DNA of 64,000 bases, taken from contig OZ199838.1 of assembly GCA_964304625.1 (NCBI GenBank), forward strand, positions 336,148-400,147, written 5' to 3'. Each line of letters begins with the position of its first letter. The stretch's first letter is position 1. Position numbers and translations under genes: made by a program. Source of the DNA: Kudoa neothunni (lineage: Eukaryota; Animalia; Cnidaria). Below the pieces are notes generated by a model. It was given only the letters and a program-made list of their open reading frames with translations, was not told the origin of the DNA and made no database searches. Shown here one piece after another: positions 38,534-54,600 of the stretch.

Positions 38534-41500
38534 TTATAGATCGTAAGAAATTTCCTTAGAATTCTTTCTGTAAACAGCTACACCTATCACAACCAAAAGT
38601 GAAGCCACGATGGGTATCATTGCATATAATCTAAGAAAGCTTATCTACAACAAATATGTATATTCTATTACATGTAACTTCCAACAGACCTATCTAATGT
38701 CAAACTTGAAAATATAAATGTAAATTACGAATAACTATTCTTTTCAGCATCAAAATTGTGATTTTCTTTACTATCTACAATGTTTCTTTTTTATCAGATC
38801 ATTAAATTAAAATAATTTTACTAAATAAAATCTTATAAATATGACATGAAAATTGTTTTTACCCTTTCTCAACCTTTTCTACTACTTTTTGAACGATATC
38901 ATCTACTACAATGTTGGCATACTCACTCCTTATGTTTTCTCCTCCTATAAATTTTTTATTCCACAAGGATTTTTTATTTAATTTACTAGAGAAATCATTT
39001 TAATTATATATTAAATAATTGGAATTTAATTACCCTTTCATTTGACCTATTCTTGAGTCTTCGCAAAATATATTATTAGAAAATAAGGATTATTTAATAA
39101 TTTAAACAAAATATATATACACTGAATACTATATTTGTTATAGAGTGAGTAATCCTTTGCTTTTAACTTCAAAATATAATCTTTTTCTCTCGACAAATTA
39201 TTGATGTTAACGGTACACTTATTAGCAGAACATTCTTCATCATCATTACACCATGTAACAATTTTTCCCTCCTGATTGTCTCCAGTCTTTTCCTGAATCA
39301 TAAATGGACATTTTGAATTATCATCTTTTCCGTCGAAACCCACTTCAATTCTTAAGTCACTATCTCCATTCAACGAATGCTTAAGTGAAATAGTACCATT
39401 TACTAAATAATATTATTAAAACATAAGATTATTGATTATGAATACTTGTCTCAACAGAATACTCCTTATGTATTTTGCCATCAGATGGCTCGACGGTTAC
39501 GTTGTAAGTCACTCCTAATTCTAGGTTGACAATTTTGAACGTAGCATCACATCTATTCTCGCATGCTCCCATTCCCTCACACGAAGCCATATATTTTGGA
39601 TCTAAGGCCCCACTTTTTTTAACATATATTCTGCAGACCGGCGAGTAATTATCGGTTCCAAATGGTGTTATTGTAGCTGTGGAACTTTGTATGTTTGGTT
39701 TTGAATCATTTGCAGCTAAAGTTCCTCCCTCAGCTAAATGTATTGTTAAACTTTAATGTTTAAAAATGCTTCTACCTGTTCGGAATGTTGTTTTCTTTGT
39801 ATATCCATTAATCCCAATGTTGTTTACCGTTACGGAAACCACATAATTTGTACCCGCCTCAAGCTCATTAATTGAATACGTCGCTCCACAGCTAGTATTA
39901 CATTCACCAATGCCATTACATTTAGCTTGTTTTTCAGTCGAAAAAGTATTTGCTCGACGTATTGTAATTGTACACACTGAATCAGTGGTATCTGTTTTCA
40001 TATCCTGATAGACGTTAAGTCCGTTGAGAGTGATTTCTCTATCCCTAATGTCGCTTATATTTATGCCATTGTCATTTCCTATACGACATTATTTTTGAAG
40101 TTGAATCCAAAACTACTTTTAAAGTATTGTTTGAATCCATCGGTATCAAACCTTCGTTTTACAATTATTCCAATTTTATCAGTTGCATCTGTCAAACTGA
40201 TAAAACCATCTTGGCAAAGATGGAAACACTCTTTTTTCTCCCCGGTACATCCATTAAGGACATCGCTTTGTTGATCTGAGCCATTTTCATCTACCTTGAA
40301 TACCTTGATATGACAAATCTCGCCATTATATGGACCAGGAGAGAATTTTATTTCAAGTTCCCTATTGTCATTAGCAATTCTTGAAACAGAATAAATGATT
40401 TGAGATTTTAGAGGGGTCTCAGATTTCACGTAATTATTATTTATGTAATATAATATTCCAGGCCATAACAATGTTGAACTCACATTATAATAACTTATGT
40501 ATCTATCGATTAAGAGAGAGGCAGATTTATCTTCTGGAGTCTCAGAATACACTTCTATTTTCAAACTAGTCTTATCTGTGTCACTATGTGGAACATCCTT
40601 CCCGTCATATTGTATATTCCAATCAGTTATTGAGTTTGATTTGAAGGAGAAATTAATTTTTCCGTCAATATGAGATATTGCATAAGTGTTATCCTGTTTG
40701 TAATCTAGAAAAAATATCAGTGAAAATTATATTATAAAAATATAATTTTTAATTACTCATTATTATTGGGAACACTTGCATCTTTTTACATCTTTTGGCT
40801 TCTGCGTCGTCTGTACCATAACAAACTGATATATATCGATCAATTTTTGAATTTATATATCCGACCTCAAATTCATTTGCGTTGCAGTTCACTAAACAAT
40901 CGTCGCCATTTTCGTTTGTGCAGATTTGAGGCTTTTTAAATTCAGTTACTGCAAAATTAGCTATTTTTATCACACACTTATCCACTAAAAAATTAGACAG
41001 GGTAACCGAAAATTTCCCAGTTCCTTTATTTGAAGATTTTATAAACTTCTGTTCAAGCTTTCCACGCCGAATAAAAGCTATAAATGTATGTCACTTTAAA
41101 TATTTTTGTGTAAGTCACCTGGTATCGATAGTTTGGATGGTGATGATTTTCGATCTGCATAAATCATCAACCTGTAGTTATACTTATTATCGTATATATC
41201 ATCAAATTCAATTTTGTTGCACTTTTTAACATCATCAGCTTTATTACAGTCAATGCAAGACTTTATTATTCTCGTGGGAGAAGCTATTTGAAGATAATAA
41301 AAATAATATGATACTATTACTTTCGTTTGTCTCATGTTTATATAGCTGATAGAAACAGTTTGTATTGCTTGCTTCAGTGAATGATTGTTTTATTTGTATT
41401 ATGAGCTTGTTCTTTTTGGACTGATTAGAAACTCCAAATTCAATTGTCTCGCCGCCTGTTTATTATTAATTAATTAATTCAATATATAATTAATTACCAT

Positions 41501-44500
41501 TAGTGGTTTTTTTGTTTTTAATAATTTGAGTATCATAAGCTCCATTAGGAACAATTTTTAGTTCGTACGTAGTATAGGTATTAAGCCCAATAATGTCGAA
41601 CTTTGAGTTGCAGGGTTTTACACACAACTCCTTTTCTGCACAAATAGCAGGATAGAAAAATTTATCATTTTCTCTTATATAGATGCTACAAATTATTGAT
41701 TCACCTACTGAATCTTGGGGGATTGTGATTCTATTTTCACTGGTAGAGACTGAAGTATCTGGAATGGAAAGTTGTTGGCTTTGAACTGAAAATACATTTT
41801 AAAAAAATTTAAATTCTGTTAAATACTTATTTTATGAAAAAAATATTTTCTTGGTGAGTAATTAGGTATACCCGTTATGATTACCATAATATCATTATGC
41901 AAATGAGTTGGATTGGGAGTAATTTTAACTTCCCCAAAGCTACATGCAGATGATGGATCTTTAACATCTTTCCTTCCAGTTTCAGTTACTAATGGAGCGT
42001 ATGCGTTCCAATACTTTGCCGTACATGTAACTTCTTGACCAGTAATTCCCCCTCCATCATCATTTTTATTTTTTCCAATTAGGTTAATTTGAATTTTTGT
42101 ATCTGCTGTTGTCACAGAAACATCATTTCCATGTTTCACTAAAACATTTTATCTTATCTATTAAATATACCTAAATCTTACATAAGTGTATATTGTTTTG
42201 ATAACCGATAGTAGGTTTCGTTCCTAGTTTTAGGACCCTTATTTTAACGGCCTTTACACTCGACTGCACATTTCCAAATTTGTAGCTGTTGCACATACTG
42301 ATAAAACAGTTTTCCATATTGTTACATTCACTCGAAAAAAAACTGTTTGAATTTGATGCTGTGGCGTCTATCCATTCGAATGTGCACATTTCAGATGGTT
42401 CTGGGTTAACCAGTTGAACTGTAAATGCATTGGGTTTTTTATCAATTTTTAATTCGTAATAAAATCTACTGAAAATAGGGGCGTGATTTTTAACAAATGT
42501 ATTGTCATAGAAGTAATGAAAATCGAAATATTTTGGGCAGCTTATATAATAATCTTCTATTAACTCATCGAATTGAATCGAATAACTTCCAAAATCACAT
42601 TGGGAGGTTTTAGATTGTGTTTCCGTCACTGAACTTTGCTCTTGGGTATCCTTGAATGATTTGCATGATAATGAACATTTATTTAAACCTAATTTAATTT
42701 TATCGTCATCTAATTCAGCTATGTGAGTAAGTTCCTCGAAATGATCTTAAGAAAAATGGTTACATTTTTTAAGAAACTATATATTACCTATGTAATAGGA
42801 ATAGACATTTCCTGCATTAAACTTGACTTCTACTTCTTTAGTTTGTTCTGACACTGGTCCAACAGATTTTAATAGTACATGTGACGAAGGTGATCCATTA
42901 AAATTTTTTTTTTCCCCTTCACCGCCGTTTTTTCCCGCAGATGGATCTCCGTCCGCTGCTTGCGATTTTGCTATAATTTTTGTCCTAATACCAGATTTTT
43001 CAGTCCTTTTTACAGTGAGAGTTTTTTTGTCTGGATAAGTGATGGAAATATAGTATAGTTTATTCTGACTATCAGGATCAATTTCGAAAAAAGTTGTAAG
43101 TTCGTTGCATTGTTTTTTGATTTCTGCGCCATTTTTTCCAGCATTTTTATATCCCGAAAGATTATCATTAGATTTTTGAACTGTACATTTTTCACCATTC
43201 TTTTTAGTTAGAGCATCCTTCTTGAGTTTTACCTTTGAATTTTTTCCTGATTTATCATAATATAGAACCATTTTCTGATCACCTTCATCAATATCACCTA
43301 TAAATATAAAATTAATTTTCCTATAGAAGAGCAATTACATTCTATATCTGTATCTTTTGGTTTAGAATGATCTACATTTATAACAACTAGTTTATATGTA
43401 AGTTCGCAGTTGAGAGAAGCCCATGAGAATTCTATTGTGATCTCACTTGTCGTTATAGGGGGATCACATGCGCTATTCAAACAATCCTTGATAATTTTCT
43501 TAGATTCTTGTTCCAATAGAATGTAGACCCAAGAAGTTCCTAATGTTTCACCTGAAGAAGCAGCGGCCAATGTAGCTGTTGTTGTCTTTCCCTGACCATT
43601 TTCTGAGGTTTTTATTGTAATATCGATTCCGGTAGCTATTTAAATTTATTATTATTAGAATAATAAAAAGAAATTACTCGATTTTGTAGTGCTCTTAACA
43701 CAGTTATATCCTTTCGGACAAACAGTTATTATGTAGCTCGTATTAGGATCAAGGTTTATTATATTAAAATTGTCATTACAAGCACCAGAACAAAAATTTT
43801 TTCCTTCACAAGTAGCAGGATACATCGGTCCATCATTTTCGACGGCTGAATAATAAAGATCACACTTTGCTCCATTACTACTATCACCAGAAAATAAATT
43901 CAATAGATTTAGATGAAGTTTATTATGTTGAATCGAAGTAGTGCTTGGTGTAATAGTACCAGTATTTGCCAAGTCATCTCCTATGTGAAGTTATTAATAT
44001 AAGATTAATGTTTAAAGTTACCTTTAGTTTTGAAATAGAAATAACGGTGGTAATAATTAACTTCCGGTGAATCTAATGTTGTAAGTCCTTTTATCTTAAC
44101 TTTTAAAATATATTCTGTTAGAGGCAGAAGAGAGCTCAAACTAACTGTTCCAAATTCTTTACACCCTCCATCACACGGTAGATCGTTCCAATTATCTTTA
44201 ATTCCCAGATTTTTCTCGATTATTTTAACTTCTAAAATAACTGCTCCTGTTAAAGCACCATTTCTGTCTTCATTTTGTTTTAAATTAGTTAACGTTAAGG
44301 TCGCCTGATCCTTTCCAATGCCAGTAACAGTAGGTTGACCGGTAGCGACTATAAAATTGATAAGACATATTAGATAGATTAAAATTTACACGTTATAGTT
44401 TGAATAAACTCTTTTGATGTTATCTTATCAAAGGGTTTAACGAGTACTTGGGCGAACTTTAAGTCTGTCTCATGATATAAGGTAGCTTTGTAGCAGGGCT

Positions 44501-45427
44501 GAAGGCAGGGTCCAGCTCTATTCGTACCTGAGCAATTGGAGGAAAAATGAGAGTCATTAATATCTTTTATTCCAAAGTAACAAATTTGCGAAGGTTTTGG
44601 ATTTTGGAGTGTAATTGTATAAAAATAATTAGTGGTTCCTTTTGACCCTGTTGCAATAAACCAATCCTCATCGAGGTTTTTTGGGCTCAATAAAATTTCT
44701 GGTGGGTGATTGTCGACTTCAACCACGTACGTTGGTTTATATGATTGTGAAGGCAATGTAATAGACTTGGGCGTGTAAAAAAGTAGTCGAAGATCCTTGA
44801 CTACTTTTTAAAAGGAGATTTTCTTTGACAGTCAAATCGAGGCTTTCTTTACTTCGAACTGAAACAGTGAACGTACTATTTGTTTTGTTTGCTGTCAGTA
44901 AACTCTTTAAGTAAAGATCTATTTTATTATATTAAAATATTATTAAATAAGTTAATATACCTTTTATAGCAAAAACCCTCTTGATAGGGCAGTTTTTTTA
45001 CATCATTACCATTCTTACCTTGACACCATTTTATGAATTTAATGGTTTTAAACTTTGCATCACTGAGATTTAGTTCGACTTTTTTACATTTGTAAATACA
45101 CATCTTTGAATCATCACCTACTGGCGTACCATCTATGTCCTGAGCGCAAGTAGAGACGTCAAATTTCGCCCCATTAAGGCCATAGTATTGGAGAGCGCAA
45201 TATTTGGAGCTATTCTCAATATTGTACCCAGAAAGTGAAATAATATATTTCTCTGAAGTGCGTGAAAAATCCACTTTCATTATATTATTATCAATATTAT
45301 CAGAGATCACATTTTTTGCACATAACACTAATAACGATTAATCTGTATAATCTTAATGAAAATTACAAGTTAAAATGACGAGATATATCGTAGAAGCAAA
45401 TCGTTGTCTCAAAGACAGTCTCATCAT
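38534..45427 (-). CDS. Surface protein paralog 3; two apparent +1 homopolymer frameshifts (44993-44999, 44777-44782), possibly a pseudogene
   Basis: Same exon series. Signal peptide MMRLSLRQRFASTIYLVILTLLCA; TM plus RKNSKEISYDL*. Confidence 0.8.
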
Positions 45428-47104
45428 TATTAGCTTACTAGTTGTGAATTAACAAAAAATGTTTTGTTTAAATTTGTATCGATATGAATAGAGGAATTCA
45501 TTTTTGCTAATTATTCATACTTCCAATTCAATTAAAAAAATTACCAACCTCGATCTTACGAAAAGATAATAACTATTCAAATTGACAAAATTTTATGTGA
45601 ATAGACAATCATATTTTAGAGTGTTATTGATTATTTTTGATGCCCCAATTATCACGTATTCCATTCATTCGAACGATTTTAAGATAATATACATGAAATA
45701 TTATTTTAATATTAGACAACGTATATAATTTATAAAAATTCCTTGTGGCTGATTTACGATCAGTCAATAAGAATAAAAAAATAATTTTGTAAACTGCATA
45801 ATTGATAAATTTTAGGCCGAAATTATTTACATGGTAAATTTAAAACCCAAATATAATATAAATGTGCACTACGAAAATTTTAATTCCGCCAACTCTTACA
45901 CGCAAGCTATATACAGATTTAATTAAATATAATCTAAACTAGTGACATCCGAATAGTATTTACCATGCCAATAGCAACTTCCTTTATTTTAGGATAATCG
46001 CTAATAGTATTTTTAGGTATCACTATAAGATAAATTTGTCATTGTTAAATTAGAATTTCACTTATACTATTCAATAATACCTAGTTTTTAAAAAATAAAA
46101 TATTTAATTTGTTTTATAAATTTGTATGTGAAATTTTTGGTTGAAATAAAGAAATTATGTAATCATTTTCCAAAAAAATTAGATGACGTTTAATATTTGG
46201 CGTTATTGTTAAAAATTATTAATTTATATTAAATAATTATTATAAAAAAGTTTCACAATTAAATATGTTTTATATACATTAAACAAAAATATGTGTAACT
46301 CCCGAATTTTACAGCATAACAAACTTGAATACCAAAAGTTTAACATTTAAGAACATTTATCATCTATTTCATTTTAAAAATATATTTTTCATAAGGAACG
46401 AGTTTACATAATTTTATTAAATTATTGTGATAATTCAAAATAAATTTTATTTTATACACTTATTTTAAGTAAAATTAATAATATATTACTTGCCATGATG
46501 ACGATATTTATGAATTTTTATATCTCACAAATCAATCATAATTTACCATATATTTAATTTATTCTAATTCAATTAAAATTTATAAACGACTAACTTCAAA
46601 TAAAGAGGTTTAGAGAACTAGATTTTACTCGTTTAATTCAATGAATCTAATTATTTTACAACATTTTTATTCCTCAATTTGGCATTTAATATTGAAGAAA
46701 ATAATAAATTCAATGTTTATAATTTTGCACTTATTCACACTTATTTAGGGATGACAATAGAGAATGGAAATTCATTCAATAAAAAAGCACAAGTGATCTT
46801 ATATAATAACATAAGATGAACATTTTTAAATAAAAATGTTTATTTTTATAAAAATATTATTCAATAATTATATTTGTGACCCCATAGTCGGTCAAAAACA
46901 TTCTTCTTGAAGGTATTGAATTAAATTTTTAGCGAACACTCCGCTACTTATTCCAAGAATTTATTTTGTTTGGAAATGAAAGTTTACCGTATCTATTTAA
47001 ATTAACGGTCACGTGTGAATAATTAATTCCGTACTAGAAATAAACATTATTTAATTAAGTTCGTATCATATTTCTAAATTTATATGTGACTAAAATGAAT
47101 AATA

Positions 47105-49001
47105 CAGTAAGAAAACAATTTCACGTAATCCCCTTGGGACAAAGGAAAAAGTTAGTCAAATAGGTCACATTAAGGGCATCCAAACCTTGGGTTTTCCCAA
47201 GATCTTAGGATTTTTCTACTAAATTTGAGTTCTGGGGGTTTTTGTTTATTTACGAAACTTATAGCTTATTGTATTCTTTGAGATCAATTATAAATAATAC
47301 GTTTTAGAATTAGTTAGAATAATTATATTAATTATTTTAGTAATTGAGAGAAGAATTAAAATTATTTGAAATTTTAAAAAGACGTCGCGATCGTCGGCAA
47401 CGCGCTGTTTTCCGGTCCTTGGATTATTGTTATTTAATCAATTGTTCTTATTATTCTGTGATTGTATTTGGATATTTCAATGTTGTTTTAAAATTTTATA
47501 ATTTTTTTAATAACATATTTTTAAATTATTGGCGTATATTATTTTAAAGTATGCGTGAAATTTCAAACGGAGCTCAAAAAAGAATGGGGGATAATATGTG
47601 CTTTGACTAAGATTGGTTAAAAATAGATTTTAAAGATTGGCTTGATCATGATGCTAAGGACAGAAATTCCAGCTACTGCAAATGTTGAACAATTTTTTTC
47701 ATTAATGAACACAGTAAAAACTAAATGAACCAACTCATTAAAGGTTGAAACTGTAAAATGTAAATTTCTCGCAAACCAATTGATCAGAAGAAATAATAAT
47801 ACGTGTTTGACGTCGCATCCAACAAGTAAACTAATACATGATGTACACAGCGGTGTTGTGAGACAACGATAACTTGAGCGCTTGAAAAATAGATCAAACT
47901 TCTTAACTGAGGATTGTGAAGATGATAAAGACGATTCGATTGTCGACAATAATTAGAAAAAATATATAAAATAAAAATTTGTGTTATTTTAATAATAATA
48001 ATAATATTGTTTTCTTTGCGATCTTGGGGTTTCCCGATGGTCTCATTGGACGTCCTAGTCACATCCAATTTCAATTGCGTGCTCAATTATTCTAGAAAAA
48101 AATTAACATTTAATCAAGATTATATTTTGTTTAAACGGGTCAGCTAATTATAAATTAATTTTTATAAAATAACTAAAACTCAAGAAACGTATTAACAGCA
48201 AAAAACTATTTTTCAAAGATCTATGAAATATTCCCCTTGCTGATATCGATAGAATTAGGCATTTTTGTCTACATTGTAAATAAAATTTTCAGAGTATCTT
48301 TTAAACAATGTTCTGAATTGATTGATCCACTCTGAAGTAATTTCAGACGTAGCATCAGCTGATGGATTAATAAAATTTGATGTTTAAATGTTGAACCGTT
48401 TTTAAAACAACGAAACCCTCCACGAGTTTCACATGAAGGTAAATCTTTTTCTTTGACTAATTAATTTGTCGTGATGATTATCGATAGGACGTTTACTACA
48501 ATCTTTTCGCTTCGTGTCTACTCAATCCAATCATGTACATCTTCGTCGACAGAATGAAATTGCCCTGCATGCAAATAATTTCTTTTTATAGATTCTAAAA
48601 ACATTTCTAGGTTTTGCTTATTTTATTTTTCATTTATAGGATGCCAGTAGGAGTCAAGATAATGAATATTTTAAAACATGATATAATGACAGTTTTTGGG
48701 TAATTAGATTGGAGACTTTCATAATAATAAGTAATATTGTACTGTCTGGCAATAGGTATAGTTATTGGAGTTTTTTGACATTAAATATTGACTTAATGAA
48801 ATAAAAAACAAGAAGTACCCGAAAAAGTGCGTGAAATTGATAAATCACGGATGTTTGGTTCCACTATTTGGCAACTTTTTAAAATAATTTTTATAAAAAT
48901 TTGGATTGAAATATAATAAAAAATATATTATATAAACAATAACTAATCAATATTCTAAATAAATAGATTTTTAAAAAGTGCGTGAAATTGGCTACCTACT
49001 G
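47105..49001 (-). mobile_element. Heavily decayed Tigger/pogo element
   Basis: Imperfect TIRs TA-CAGTA......CAATTTCACG at both ends. Minus-strand remnants GQFHSVDEDVHDWI and RYSENFIYNVDKNA*FYR. Confidence 0.65.
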
Positions 49002-50452
49002 TATTTGTGTAGTTACATTTTGATTTATTTTTAAAGCATGTTGACCAAAAAACGTCGTGGGGCTCAAAAGTCCCCAAAATTCTTTAGAGGATAATTTTTT
49101 TCATACATTTAATTTTTATTCGCTCGGCTTAAGATTTTCAAAGAATGATCCTTATTGAAAGTTAGGAGATTAGATAGAATTTTGCGAATTTTTGATTATT
49201 ACATACATAATACTGGGGAAATTAATTTTAATTTGGGATCCAAAAGATCTCAAAATCACTAGAGGGTTAATAAAATTTAGCCCAATAAATATTTAATTTG
49301 TTAATTTGATGAATATATAAAATTGAACATCTGAAAACAGTATATTCAAAAGTAAAATTAGTAGTTCATAATCATGGCGTCGGGTCGAGTACTGTTCATT
49401 TTACTACCAAAAAAGATAAAAAATTTCCCGGAAAAATATTTTGCAGTAATATCTAATATTATAGTTAAAAATTTAATTAAAAAATTAAAGTAAAATGTAT
49501 TATCTTAATTCTAAATATAATTCCACGAAACATGTAATAAAAATGGATGAAAACCATGGAAACAATCTTTTCATCAATAATCGTTTGCATTACAAAAAAT
49601 AAGACATTGAATAGAATTAATCATATTCTCTCAAACTTTCGTCTTTTCCCTTAGTTTAGCATAAATCCATAAATTATTGCTTTTATCGATGAATGAATCA
49701 TCAGAATTAATTATCTCTTTATCATTTAAATAGCATAATAGCTCATTTATTTCAATAATATATAATCTGAGACATATTTTTCGTTAATATCAGGGCTTTT
49801 GTCTCTTTATTGCATAAAAACCCCTTATCGCTTTGACAATTAAAAATTATGGCGCGCGCACGTGCCACCCAAAAATTTCGAACTTTGGCACATAATAATT
49901 AACCGTTTGATTTTAAATTGGAAAAATATTTTATCAATTTTTTTAAAATATTAAAAAAACTGTGGTCCAAACCAAACCCAGGATAACGTTGAAGGTGTTT
50001 TTGTTATAAAAATTATTACGATAATCACGAAATAATTTTATTTTCTCGTAGATAAACATATTTTACATAAATGTAAATAATTTGGATCCTGTAAATTATT
50101 ATGCGCTTAGGAAAATTATTGAAGAATTTAATTAATCTGATCAATTTCCTTAAAACATTTTTATAAGTTTTTTATTGTCCAAATTAATTTAATTCCCTAT
50201 CATATGAAAATTAAACATTTCACGATTATCACTAACGAAACAAAAGAGTTAAATTTTAATTGTTAATTAGTTTTTGTGTCTGAAATTTTTGTATATTTCT
50301 TTTGTGCAATATATTCCTTAGTTGTTAATTAATACCGCGTGATCTGGTTAAAAAATTTGACTAATTTAGCTAGTAATTTTTTTTTCCATAACAAACTGAA
50401 AAATTCTCTATATATTCGAACTAAAATTTTATCCGTTGAAGATCTTAAAAAC

Positions 50453-50977
50453 AAGGGGTCGGCAATCTAAACCCACCATACATTGAATGACAGAAATTTT
50501 TCTTAATATCGAAAATAAACAAATTATTTTTAGGTTTTTTCTAGATCGTTATTCTAAATGTTAATATGTTGTCGATATAAACATTTTAACCAACTAATAT
50601 TTATTTTCATTAAATAGGAAAACCAGAATAAATATAATTGTTAAAATAACGTTATAATTATTTCCATATAAGTACAAAATATTTTTAAAAGACATTTAGA
50701 TACATCTCATGTTATTCGACATAGTTCAATAAATCGTTCATTCACAAGTTTAGCACGAGTTGATTACATTGGAAGTGAAAATTATCAGAATATAATACTA
50801 TTAATTTGACTTATTTTTCTACTTTAAAAGACATTTATAAATTATTATTTATATATTTAAACCTGAAATAAGAACTACGAATAATTTAAAATTTTTATGG
50901 ATTAATTTTAATAATGCCCGCATTAGAGTTAAGGTATGTCTGTTCGGCCCGTCACCAAAAAAGGTTTCCGACCCCTG
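50453..50977. mobile_element. hAT MITE (duplicated copy of 1633-2160)
   Basis: Same TIRs and same insertion site as 1633-2160, so it predates the duplication. Confidence 0.85.
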
Positions 50978-51613
50978 TTATAAACGATAAAAAAATCTAA
51001 AAATTGACAAACACATTTTAATTTTCTGAAATTTAATATCAATTAATCCCATTTGGTTGTGTGTGAAATCTACAATGGATGCCGAAATCGGTACTTTGAT
51101 TCTTGAGGCTTATATGCCTCGCATATGCCAGCATCGCATTTCTTTTGGAAATATAAAATAAATTAAGATTTAAATTATAATTTACAGCGGAATTTATTTA
51201 TTAATTTAATAATTTCTGAGAAAATAAGCTAACTTTTGTCGCTACAATTACTTACTAAAAGATAGTCTCATTGTGTGGACAATAGAAAACTACTTGTGTA
51301 TATATTTAATGGATAAATGCGCTGCAAGATAAAAATTAATGGATTTAGTATCTTTACTATTTTAACTTAGATATATTAATTTGGATTATTTCCCATTATA
51401 CATAATACATTTTTAAGATGATTAATATATCAAATTTATTTCAATGAATAAAAATTAAGAAGTGATACGCATAATAAATGTTGTTAAGATTTTATATATT
51501 TTTAGAAAAAAATAAATCTAAGTTCAATATGAAAAGATACTAAAAGTTATCTATTATAATAATTTTATAATAATATTGGTAACTGATGTAATGGATGATG
51601 AATATATCAGTTT

Positions 51614-54600
51614 TTATAGATCGTAAGAAATTTCCTTAGAATTCTTTCTGTAAACAGCTACACCTATCACAACCAAAAGTGAAGCCACGATGGGTATCAT
51701 TGCATATAATCTAAGAAAGCTTATCTACAACAAATATGTATATTCTATTACATGTAACTTCCAACAGACCTATCTAATGTCAAACATGAAAATATAAATG
51801 TAAATTACGAATAACTATTCTTTGCAGCATCAAAATTGTGATTTTCTTTACCATCTACAATGTTTCTTTTTTATCAGATCATTAAATTAAAATAATTTTA
51901 CTAAATATAACCTTATAAATATAACATGAAAATTGTTTTTACCCTTTCTCAACCTTTTCTACTACTTTTTGAACAATATCATCTACTACAATGTTTGCAT
52001 ACTCACTCCTAATGTTTTCTCCCCCTATAAATTTTTTATTCCACAAGGATTTTTTATTTAATTTACTAGAGAAATCATTTTAATTATATATTAAATAATT
52101 GGAATTTAATTACCCTTTCATTTGACCTATTCTTGAGTCTTCGCAAAATATATTATTAGAAAATAAGGATTATTTAATAATTTAAACAAAATATATATAC
52201 ACTGAATACTATATTTGTTATAGAGTGAGTAATCCTTTGCTTTTAACTTCAAAATGTAATCTTTTTCCCTCGACAAATTATTGATGCTAACTGTACATTT
52301 ATTGGCAGAGCATTCTTCGTCATCATTACACCATGTAACAATTTTTCCCTCCTGATTGTCTCCGATTTTTTCCTGAATCATAAACGGACATTTTGAATTG
52401 TCATCTTTTCCTTTGAAATCCACTTTAATTGTCAAGTCACTATCTCCATTCAACGAATGCTTAAGTGAAATAGTACCATTTACTAAAAAAAATAATTAAA
52501 CATAAGCTTATTGATTTTGAGTACTTGTTTCAATGGAATACTCCTTTTGTTGTTTTCCATCAGATGGTTCTACGGTTATGTTGTAAGTCACTCCTAATTC
52601 GAGGTTAACAATTTTGAACCTAGCATCACATCTATTCTGGCATGCTCCCATTGCATCACACGTAGCCATATATTTTGAATCTGAGGCTCCACTTTTTTTA
52701 ACATAAATTCTACAGACCGGCAAATAAGTTTCGGTTCCAAATGGTGTTATTGTAACCGTAGAACCCTTTTTGATTGGATCAGAATTATTCGCGGTTAAAG
52801 TTACTCCCTCAGCTAAATGCGCTATTAATATATGGCCGTTTAATTTTCCGTTACCTGTTCGGAATGTTGTTTTCTTTGTATACCCGTTGATCCCGATGTT
52901 GGTTACCGTTACAGAGATTACATAAGTTGTGCCGGCGAGAAGCCTCTTAATAGGGTATGACTCTTTACAGCTAGTGTCGCATTGATTATTATTACTACAA
53001 ATAGCCCTTGCTTCAGTCGAAAAAGTATTTGCAAGACGTATTGTAATCGTACACACTGAAGCAGGGATCCCTGTTTTCATAACTTTATAAACGTTAAGTC
53101 CGGTAAGGTTGACCTCCGTATCCTTAATGTCTGTTAAAATTATGCCCTTGTCATTTCCTATAACACATTATTTTCAAAGTTGAGTCTAAAATTACTTTTA
53201 AAGTATTGTTTGAATCCAACGGTATCAAACCTTCGTTTTACAATTATTCCAACTTTATCACCTTCTTCCGTCAACTTGATGATACCATCTTGACAAAGCT
53301 GAAAGCACTCTTTGTTCTCCCCAGTACAACCATTCAAAACAGTACTCTGTTGATTTTGATTATGTTCATCTACCTTAAATACTTTGATATGACAAATCTC
53401 GCCATTGTATGGACCAGGAGAGAATTTTATCTGAAGTTTTCTAGTGCTACCCTCAACGCCTGAAACAGAGTAAATGATCTCAGATTTTAGAGGGGACTCA
53501 GAATTCAAATAAGTATTATCAATGTAATATAATATGTCAGGCCATAACAGTGTTGAACTGATATTATAATAACTTATGTGTCTATCAATTGAGAGAGCAA
53601 CAGATTTATCTTGTGGAGCCTCAGAATTGGCTTCGATTTTTAAGTTGGCCTTTTGTGTGCTGCTGTGTTTATCATCGTTTCCATCATATTGTATATTCCA
53701 ATCAGTCATTGAGTTTGATTTGTAAGTGAAGTTAACTTTGCCGTCAGCATACGATATTGCATAAGTGTTATTTTGTATGTTGTCTATAAAAAATATCGTT
53801 GAAAATTATATTATATAAATATTAGTATTTTTAATTACTCGTTATTATTGGGAACACTTGCATTTTTTTACATCTTTTGGCTTCTGCGTTATCTATGCCA
53901 TAACAAACGGATATATATCGATCAACTTTGGAATTAATATATCCGACATTAAGATCACTTTTGGTGCATTCCACCAAACAATTACCTTCATCTTCTTCTG
54001 TACAGAGTTGTGGCTTTATAAATTCAGTTCCTGCTAAATTAGCAATTTTTATCACACACTTCTTTGCGGAGAAATCTTTCAATGTAACTAAAAATTTCTC
54101 AGTTTCTGTACCCAAAGATTTCATTAACTTTTGTTCAAGTTTTCCACTTCGAGTAAAAGCTATAAATGTATGTAAATTTAAACTTCTTTGTAAATTTTAC
54201 CAGGTATCGATAACTTGAATGGAGATGATTTTTTGTCCGCATAAACCATTAGCCTGTAGTTGTATTTATTATCGTATATATCATCAAATTCAATGTTATC
54301 ACATTTTTTAACATCATCAATATTACAACCAATGCAAGACTTTATTATTGTCGTGGGTGAAGCTATTTGAAGATAATGAAAATAATATGATACGATTACC
54401 TGTGTCTGTATCATGTTTATATAACTGGTAGTAACAATTTGTATCGCTTGCGTTTTCCCAAGACTTTTTCGTTTGTATTACGAGCTTATTCTTCTTGGAA
54501 TTATTTGAAATTACAAATTCAATTGTCTCGCCACCTGTTTATTATTATTTGACTCATTAAATATATAAATAATGAATGTTACTTGTTTCTTTATTTGCAA